Positions 57,569 to 64,000 of a stretch of 64,000 bases of DNA are shown one piece after another. Source of the DNA: Candidatus Collierbacteria bacterium GW2011_GWA2_42_17 (GTDB taxonomy: Bacteria > Patescibacteriota > Microgenomatia > UBA1400 > MFAQ01). The notes under the pieces were generated by a model. The model did no database searches, was not told where the DNA came from, and saw nothing but the letters and a program-made list of their open reading frames with translations. Each line of letters begins with the position of its first letter. The first letter of the stretch is position 1. The stretch lies in contig LCDA01000001.1 in assembly GCA_000998275.1 (NCBI GenBank), positions 30,684 through 94,683 of the forward strand, given 5' to 3'. A program made the position numbers and the translations under genes.

Positions 57569-57600
57569 ATATTCATAATAGCAAATTTTTGCTTTCTCGG

Positions 57601-58230
57601 TTAGTTGGAGATGATGGTGAGAGGTAACTCGATAGTAGTGACTCTCCCAAAACGATTGGTGGCTTTTATTTTTATAGAGGTTTCACCGACAGGAAGATTG
57701 ACGCTCATCCGAAAGGCACCGTTTTGATCTGGTTTGACGACACTGTCTTCATTTATGGTAACCAAGGAGTCTGTTGAGGTTGAGCCCTGAATTTCAATCG
57801 GAGAGGAAAGAACGGCGTCCATCAGAGGGCGATTTACCGTGAGAGGAGGAGGAGTAAGAATAACTCTAAACTGAAAAATAAGATAGATAAGAAAAACAAT
57901 CACACCTAAAACTATAGGTAACAGCTGTGAAGATATATGGGGAAGATTAAAGCCCGTTTTTTTGTGCTGTTTGACAATATTTTTTTTGAGTTCCGGATTA
58001 CGATAGTCCCTTCTGAAAACAGCGATAAAATCTTCCGGATCGCTACCAAGACTTAACGATAGGTTTCTGATAAAACCCTTGGCGAAAGTTTCGGAGGGAA
58101 GGAGATCGTAACGGTCTGCTTCTAAAGCTTCGATGTATTTGCCATCAATTTTGGTGGCCAAAGAAAGTTCTGAGATAGAAATATTTTTTCTATTTCTTTC
58201 AGAGTGGAGAAGTTGTCCAACTGTTTTCAT
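57601..58230 (-). CDS. RodZ-like HTH membrane protein with Ig-like C-terminal domain
   Basis: TVGQLL...TKI..KYIEALE...LP..TFAKGFIRN, TM; downstream of ftsK. Confidence 0.8.
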   Translation of the reverse strand: MKTVGQLLHSERNRKNISISELSLATKIDGKYIEALEADRYDLLPSETFAKGFIRNLSLSLGSDPEDFIAVFRRDYRNPELKKNIVKQHKKTGFNLPHISSQLLPIVLGVIVFLIYLIFQFRVILTPPPLTVNRPLMDAVLSSPIEIQGSTSTDSLVTINEDSVVKPDQNGAFRMSVNLPVGETSIKIKATNRFGRVTTIELPLTIISN

Positions 58231-58235
58231 GACAG

Positions 58236-60347
58236 TTACTGTTCCTGCTCTTCGTTTTGGGGCAGATATTCTTCAAAACTATTAACAATAACCTCGCGAG
58301 GCTTATTACCTTCGGCGTGGGCAAGAATTCCGGCATTTTCCAGTTGATCTAAAATTCTTGCGGCTCTGGCATAACCAACTTCAAGACGACGCTGAAGGAG
58401 GGAGGCGGAGCCTTTACCTTCGGCGATACAAAGTCTGGCGGCTTCTTCAAATTTTTCATCTACGTTACCCATGTCCTGACCACCGGTTCCAATTCTTCCC
58501 TTAGAAACATTTTTTGTAATGGTGTCATCCCTTTTGGCTTCAACACCAATACTTTGAATAAATCTGAGAAGATCGGCGATCTCTTTTTCGGAAACAAATG
58601 CTCCCTGGATACGTTTGGGTTTGGCCACATCTGGAGGAATAAAAAGCATATCTCCTTTACCTAGTAGTTTTTCGGCACCTGGGGTGTCGATAATAACACG
58701 GGAATCAATCATCGAAGTAACTTGGAAAGCAATGCGGGCGGGAATGTTGGCTTTGATGATACCGGTGATAACATTGACGGAAGGTCGTTGGGTAGCAAGA
58801 ACCAAGTGAATACCAACGGCACGAGCCATCTGAGCCAAACGAACGATATGATTTTCAACTTCGCCGGCATTTTTATTCATCATAATGTCGGCGATCTCAT
58901 CGATAACAATGATGATGTAGGGCATAGACTGAAAAGCTTTACTTTCGTTGTAACCGGCGATGTTTTTGACGCCAACCTCTTGAAAAATTTTGTAACGTCT
59001 TTCCATTTCGGCCACAGCCCAACCTAGAGCGTTGACTACTTTATCGACATCGACAATAACATCGGTAAGTAAATGAGGAATACCACTATAGGGAGTAAGC
59101 TCGACACGTTTTGGGTCAACCATAATAAATTTGACTTCTTCAGGGGAAGCTCGAAAAAGTATCGAGGCAATAAAGGCGTTGATGAGAACCGATTTTCCGG
59201 AACCGGTAGTACCGGCGATGAGAATGTGAGGCATCTTTGCGATATCTACAACACAAGCAGTACCAGAAACATCTAAACCAAGAGAGACCATGGTTTTTGA
59301 CTTATTGTTTTGCATGGCAGGGGAACTGAGCATGTCTCTCAGAGAAACAAATTCAAGTGAGCGGTTGGGAATTTCGATACCCACTAGGTCTCGACCAGGG
59401 ATGGGAGATTCAATACGAATTTGCCCTTGAGGTGCAGAAAGAGCAAGGGCCAAATCAGACTGGAGGGCATTAATTTTAGACAACTTGGTACCCATAGCAA
59501 TAGTCAGAGCATACTGGGTAACAGCAGGGCCTTTGTGAACTTCAGAAACGTGTGCTTGAATACCAAATGATTCAAGAGTGTTTTGGATGACCTCAATATT
59601 TTTATTAATATCTCCACGGTCGGCCTTACCGAGTTTTTGATCCGAAAGAAGACTAATGGGGGGATACTGCCAGATCGTGGCCGTGGCTCCTTCAAGCATG
59701 GGTTTAGGGGGTAGTTGACCAACTACGGGAGGTTTTTTGGTATCTTCCTGATGAATGATAGGGGGGGCGTAGTTGTCTTCCCCGCCGGTAATCTTAACTG
59801 AGCCGGGTTTACTAACAAAAACAGTGCCGTTCTTTTTACCGAGTGTTTGGAGTTTGCTACCGGCGTCACCAACTCTTTTGAGATTTTCTTGGATGAAGAC
59901 AACGAGATCTTCAATGGAGGTTTCAAAAAGAATGAAGAGCCCAATGGCTGTACCGACCAAGAAAAAAAGGATTGCTCCGGGGGTGGAAATAAGAGAGATA
60001 ATCGATTCTCTGATACCCGAACCGATACTACCTGAACCGGTAAGTCCACTTAAAGAAATCATGGTGACAACACTGCCGAGAAGAACATGGGCTGAAGCGA
60101 TGGCAAGTTTAACATGGGTAAGAAGCAGGCCACCAACAACAAAGATAAAGGGGACAAAAAGAAGTGGCCAGCCTAAAAGATTGCGGCCAATTTCGTTGAC
60201 TTGGGTGAGAAAAGCTCCTTGCTGAGAAAAAGAAATGGCAATTAGGCCACCTGTACCCATAATCAATAGCGCCATAACAGAGTTGGCGGTGTCTTTTTTT
60301 AGATTCAGTTTGTAGGGCTTTGAACGACGACCTTTTTTACGAGCCAT
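58236..60347 (-). CDS. ftsK: DNA translocase FtsK/SpoIIIE
   Basis: N-terminal TMs, MPHILIAGTTGSGKS, DPKRVEL, ATQRPSV, GAEKLLGKGDML, gamma domain. Confidence 0.97.
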   Translation of the reverse strand: MARKKGRRSKPYKLNLKKDTANSVMALLIMGTGGLIAISFSQQGAFLTQVNEIGRNLLGWPLLFVPFIFVVGGLLLTHVKLAIASAHVLLGSVVTMISLSGLTGSGSIGSGIRESIISLISTPGAILFFLVGTAIGLFILFETSIEDLVVFIQENLKRVGDAGSKLQTLGKKNGTVFVSKPGSVKITGGEDNYAPPIIHQEDTKKPPVVGQLPPKPMLEGATATIWQYPPISLLSDQKLGKADRGDINKNIEVIQNTLESFGIQAHVSEVHKGPAVTQYALTIAMGTKLSKINALQSDLALALSAPQGQIRIESPIPGRDLVGIEIPNRSLEFVSLRDMLSSPAMQNNKSKTMVSLGLDVSGTACVVDIAKMPHILIAGTTGSGKSVLINAFIASILFRASPEEVKFIMVDPKRVELTPYSGIPHLLTDVIVDVDKVVNALGWAVAEMERRYKIFQEVGVKNIAGYNESKAFQSMPYIIIVIDEIADIMMNKNAGEVENHIVRLAQMARAVGIHLVLATQRPSVNVITGIIKANIPARIAFQVTSMIDSRVIIDTPGAEKLLGKGDMLFIPPDVAKPKRIQGAFVSEKEIADLLRFIQSIGVEAKRDDTITKNVSKGRIGTGGQDMGNVDEKFEEAARLCIAEGKGSASLLQRRLEVGYARAARILDQLENAGILAHAEGNKPREVIVNSFEEYLPQNEEQEQ

Positions 60348-60380
60348 ATTTAATCTAAGTATAGCTTAAGCTAAATAATT

Positions 60381-62039
60381 TTAAACCTCCAAAAGTATAG
60401 CTATAACAAGAGGACGTCTCTGGGTATGTTCGAAGGCAAATTTTTCCAACTCCCCTTCTATTTTTTTTCTAATAAAACCCCAGTCTGTAGCTTGGCCTTT
60501 AAGATCTTTGAGACTGTTATAAACATGTTTTCTGGCGTCATTAATGAGTTCTTGGGACTCTTTTTGGTAGACAAAACCACGGGAAATGATTTCAATATCT
60601 CCAGTGACTTGGGAGTTGTCTCGTCGCATGGGAACAATTGCAAGGAGAACTCCGTCGGCAGACATGACCTGGCGGTCACGTAGAACAACAGTACCGACAT
60701 CACCAATACCTAAACCATCGACATAAACGTTTCTCGTTTCGATTTTGGGACCTTCTTTGACAACACTGTTTTCGAGGAGGATCGATTGACCGTCTGAAAG
60801 GACAAAGACTTTTTCAGGATCAAAGTTCATTTCTTTAGCGAGATCCTTATAAATCATCATGTGGCGAAGATTGCCGCCGATGGGGATGATGTTTTTGGGT
60901 CTTACCAGACGCGCAAGAAGAATCATATCGCCGCGATAGCCATGTCCAGAGACGTGAAGGTTCTCGGAAGTCCCGGAATATTTAACGTCAATGCCTCTCT
61001 TGTAGAGAGTATCGAGTAGGTCAAAAATATCACCTTCATTGCCGGGAATAGCATCGGAGCTAATGACGACTTTGTCACCTTTTTTGAGTTTAATTTGGGT
61101 ATGTTCGTCGTTGGCTAGCCTGTGCATGGCAGAGCCGACTTGACCTTGGGAACCAGAGACAATCACGGTTACCTGATTGGCAGGAAGACTACTGACTTGC
61201 TGGCTTTTGATAAAAATACCTTTAGGAATCTTGATAAAGCCATTTTTGGCGGCGGCTTCAACATTTTGTTCTACACTACGCCCAACAATGGCGACACGAC
61301 GATGGTACTTAGCTGAGGCATCGATGGCCATCTGAATACGAGAGATTGAGGAGGACATGGTGGTAAAGATGAGCTTACCTTCGGCGGATCTGACTTCATT
61401 ATCGATCGCTGTAAGGAGAGAACGTTCCGAAGGGCAGAAGCCATTTTTTTCTACACGGAGACAGTCGGTAAGCATCAAATCGACACCATTATTCCCGGCG
61501 ACAGCCATAGCGCCCATGTCTGGAGGAAGATTGTCTATGGGGGTAAGATCAAATTTAAAATCAGCACCGTGATAGACGGTACCGGCCGGAGTTTTGATTA
61601 AAACGTGGAAACAGTTGGGGACAGAATGGGTGATGTGGATAAATTCCAGGTGAAAAGGTCCAAGATCAAGCTTACCTTCTACGGGAGTCATTTTATTGGT
61701 AATGCCAAACTCACGAACTTTGATCTCGGCGATGGCGATGGCCAGTTTACTACCGAAGACTTCGATGCCTTTGAGGCGAGGAAGAATATAAGGTAGACCA
61801 CCTACATGGTCTTGGTGAGCATGGGTTAGGACAATGCCGTGAAGCTTTTTGTCGGAGTGCTCGAGATAACTGATATCGGGAATAACAGCATCGACACCGA
61901 GGGCATCATCTTTGGGGAAGCCCATGCCACAGTCGACCACAATTTGTTCGTTGCCGTATTCGTAAACGTACATATTCTTAGTAACATCACCGACGCCACC
62001 CAAAGGAATAATTTTTAGAGGAGTTTTTTTAAAATCCAT
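60381..62039 (-). CDS. rnj: Ribonuclease J
   Basis: PLGG...KNM, THAHQDHVGG, THSVP, DFKFD, HVSGH. Confidence 0.96.
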   Translation of the reverse strand: MDFKKTPLKIIPLGGVGDVTKNMYVYEYGNEQIVVDCGMGFPKDDALGVDAVIPDISYLEHSDKKLHGIVLTHAHQDHVGGLPYILPRLKGIEVFGSKLAIAIAEIKVREFGITNKMTPVEGKLDLGPFHLEFIHITHSVPNCFHVLIKTPAGTVYHGADFKFDLTPIDNLPPDMGAMAVAGNNGVDLMLTDCLRVEKNGFCPSERSLLTAIDNEVRSAEGKLIFTTMSSSISRIQMAIDASAKYHRRVAIVGRSVEQNVEAAAKNGFIKIPKGIFIKSQQVSSLPANQVTVIVSGSQGQVGSAMHRLANDEHTQIKLKKGDKVVISSDAIPGNEGDIFDLLDTLYKRGIDVKYSGTSENLHVSGHGYRGDMILLARLVRPKNIIPIGGNLRHMMIYKDLAKEMNFDPEKVFVLSDGQSILLENSVVKEGPKIETRNVYVDGLGIGDVGTVVLRDRQVMSADGVLLAIVPMRRDNSQVTGDIEIISRGFVYQKESQELINDARKHVYNSLKDLKGQATDWGFIRKKIEGELEKFAFEHTQRRPLVIAILLEV

Positions 62040-62225
62040 ATTTATATTTATTTAATTACTAAACCGATCAAAACAGAAACACTGCTTGAACGCGCCGGCA
62101 AAAGGCCAGCTTAACTTAATTTATTTTACACTTACTAAGGAAATTGTTTGGGAACCGAAGCTGCAATAAAACTTGGGAATCAAAGGTAACTTGTCTTAGT
62201 CAAAGTCTAAACTTAATATAAGGTT

Positions 62226-62234
62226 ATTATACCA
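62226..62234 (-). promoter_or_regulatory. Extended -10 promoter upstream of rnj
   Basis: TGGTATAAT on the minus strand, about 185 nt before the rnj ATG. Confidence 0.6.
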
Positions 62235-62292
62235 CGTTTGGCCGGTTAGCCTTGTGTTACATTGATTAGAAATAGAGTAAACTGTTTTTTGC

Positions 62293-63663
62293 ATGAAAAA
62301 ACTGGTGAAAGAAAGGGTCGTTCGGATCTTCAATTTGTCGGAGGACGTTTGGCCATTTATTCAAACGATTGGAGATGAGAAAGAAAGGACGGCGGAAGTT
62401 GAGGAAAATGCTAATCTGGCTGATCGTGATTTGTTCTCGATGGCCGAAGAATTTGAGTTTACATTTATCACTCCAAAAAAACTGAATCCTCATTTTACAA
62501 AGTACTTTATTGACGTTTGTATGATGCGGAAAATGGAGGTTTTGGTTCCTAAAAAAAATACTGGGATAATTTGCGAGGATATTTTAAAAGATAAGGCAAT
62601 CATGGATAGATTGGTTAAGTTGGGTAAAATGTGTAAAAGACTGATACTAACTTCCTACTCTACCTCTCCTTACTTTTTGTCCTTAGTTAGTGAGCTTCGA
62701 AATAAAGGGGTTGAAGTGAGAACTCCGGAAGCCCCTGAAGAAGCAAATGCTTGGACGGTTAATTTTTATGGTAGTAAATCGGGAATTCGTCAATTGACAC
62801 AGATAAATGGGGCAATTAGAGCCGACCTTAAAATGCCTGATGGGGTGGTGAGTTCTGGGGTGCTAGATTCGGCCAAAATCGCAGCCAATAAATATATTAA
62901 GGAGGGAGGCGTGGTAATCAAAACAAATAAAGGCCATTCGGGTTTGGGAGTTTTGATTTTCCGTAAAGGGGATTTGCCCAAAAAATTTCGTGAGTGTCAG
63001 AAAAAGATTGTGGAGGTGTTTAATGGAGATAAATATTGGGACAAATTCCCTATTGTGGTTGAGTCGTTGGTAAAACCAAATCCAAGGATTGGTGGAGGTT
63101 TCCCAAACGCAGAGTATCTCATTAAAAAAGACGGGGAAGTAAAACTTCTTTATTACTGTGGAATGAGAGTGGATGACAAAGGAGTATTTGGAGGAGTAGA
63201 AATTGGTGAAGAAGTGCTGCCAAAAAGAGTGACTTCCAGGATAACCGACATTGGATATTTAATTGGTGAACAGTATTCAGAAGATGGATATCGAGGTTTT
63301 TTTGACATTGATTTTATTGCCGGTAAGGGTGGAGAAATATTTGTTAACGAGTCGAACGTTAGAGTAACCGGAGGAACACACGTATATCAAGCGGCGGTGG
63401 AGCTTGTCGGTCGCGAGTTTATGAAAAAAGTATATGTCTTGTCGGACAATAATTATCAGATGCCAACTAAAAAGATCTTTACTTTTGATCAGTTGCATAA
63501 ATTAATGAGGCCCATACTTTTTAGTCGAAAAACAAAAGAGGGGTTGGTGATTGCATCTTCAAACCTCTTAGCAATGGGAAAACTGGCATACATTATTTTT
63601 GGTAAAAATAAACGAAGGGCTCTAGCGATAGAGGAAGAGATGAAGAAAGTTTTAAAATCTTAG
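62293..63663 (+). CDS. ATP-grasp ligase (pre-ATP-grasp plus ATP-grasp; PGM1-like peptide ligase)
   Basis: SKSGIRQL, VVIKTNKGHSGLGV, GYRGFFDIDFI, NESNVRVTGGTH. Confidence 0.75.
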   Translation: MKKLVKERVVRIFNLSEDVWPFIQTIGDEKERTAEVEENANLADRDLFSMAEEFEFTFITPKKLNPHFTKYFIDVCMMRKMEVLVPKKNTGIICEDILKDKAIMDRLVKLGKMCKRLILTSYSTSPYFLSLVSELRNKGVEVRTPEAPEEANAWTVNFYGSKSGIRQLTQINGAIRADLKMPDGVVSSGVLDSAKIAANKYIKEGGVVIKTNKGHSGLGVLIFRKGDLPKKFRECQKKIVEVFNGDKYWDKFPIVVESLVKPNPRIGGGFPNAEYLIKKDGEVKLLYYCGMRVDDKGVFGGVEIGEEVLPKRVTSRITDIGYLIGEQYSEDGYRGFFDIDFIAGKGGEIFVNESNVRVTGGTHVYQAAVELVGREFMKKVYVLSDNNYQMPTKKIFTFDQLHKLMRPILFSRKTKEGLVIASSNLLAMGKLAYIIFGKNKRRALAIEEEMKKVLKS

Positions 63664-63665
63664 GG

Positions 63666-64000
63666 TTACCACTTAGGAAGGAAGGATTTGATGTTTTCTG
63701 GGTTTAGGGCAATAGATTTGGCCTGGCCGGTGACTAGTAGCAAAGCTACTTTACGAACAATACCTTCGATGGTGCGATTGAGGGTACGGATACCCGCATC
63801 ATAACCTAAGGGGCGAATGATTGTGGGCCAAAGGGCGGGATCTATCGTAATGAGAGCAGGGTCCATACCAGCGGCCTCCAAAGCTTTGGGAAAGAGATAA
63901 CTTTGGGCAATATGGGTTTTTTCGTCATCGGAGTAAGAAGGCATTTGGATGGGTTCCAGACGATCCATAACAGCCGTGGCTAGATTGCCGGTATTGTTGG
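63666..64000 (-). CDS. Lon-like AAA+ ATPase, 3' end only (5' part outside window)
   Basis: MDRLEPIQMPSYSDDEK.IA..YL.P, AGIRTLNRTIEGIVRK lid subdomain. Confidence 0.8.
   Translation of the reverse strand, partial: NNTGNLATAVMDRLEPIQMPSYSDDEKTHIAQSYLFPKALEAAGMDPALITIDPALWPTIIRPLGYDAGIRTLNRTIEGIVRKVALLLVTGQAKSIALNPENIKSFLPKW

Overview
Compact housekeeping region of a reduced-genome bacterium. Gene content suggests a Patescibacteria/CPR organism, probably Microgenomates-like (inference from the missing uL30, short AlaRS, protease-less Lon-like ATPase, sortase plus baseplate-J-like membrane protein, and scarce Shine-Dalgarno motifs). The core is a minus-strand rpoBC-str-S10-spc-alpha-L13/S9 supercluster (about 20.2-50.5 kb). 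The left flank holds cca, secDF, rnpB, miaAB, HU, rny, recA/recX and tRNA-Pro(GGG). The right flank holds mltG, yqgF, sortase, alaS, ftsK, rnj, an ATP-grasp ligase and a partial Lon-like gene. No CRISPR array, rRNA or transposase was seen. Most notable: (1) three orphan gene cassettes, each with its own promoter, canonical SD and terminator, next to ribosomal-gene terminators, one of them together with a DEAH helicase between rpsG and fusA; (2) many apparently leaderless genes; (3) long putatively structured leaders on both rny and rnj; (4) a tRNA-Pro with a swapped A54/U58 T-loop; (5) a Zn-ribbon insertion in the CCA enzyme; (6) two apparent internal deletions (rpoC and a split membrane-protein gene) that may be assembly errors. 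No database searches were run, so all family calls come from motif recognition.
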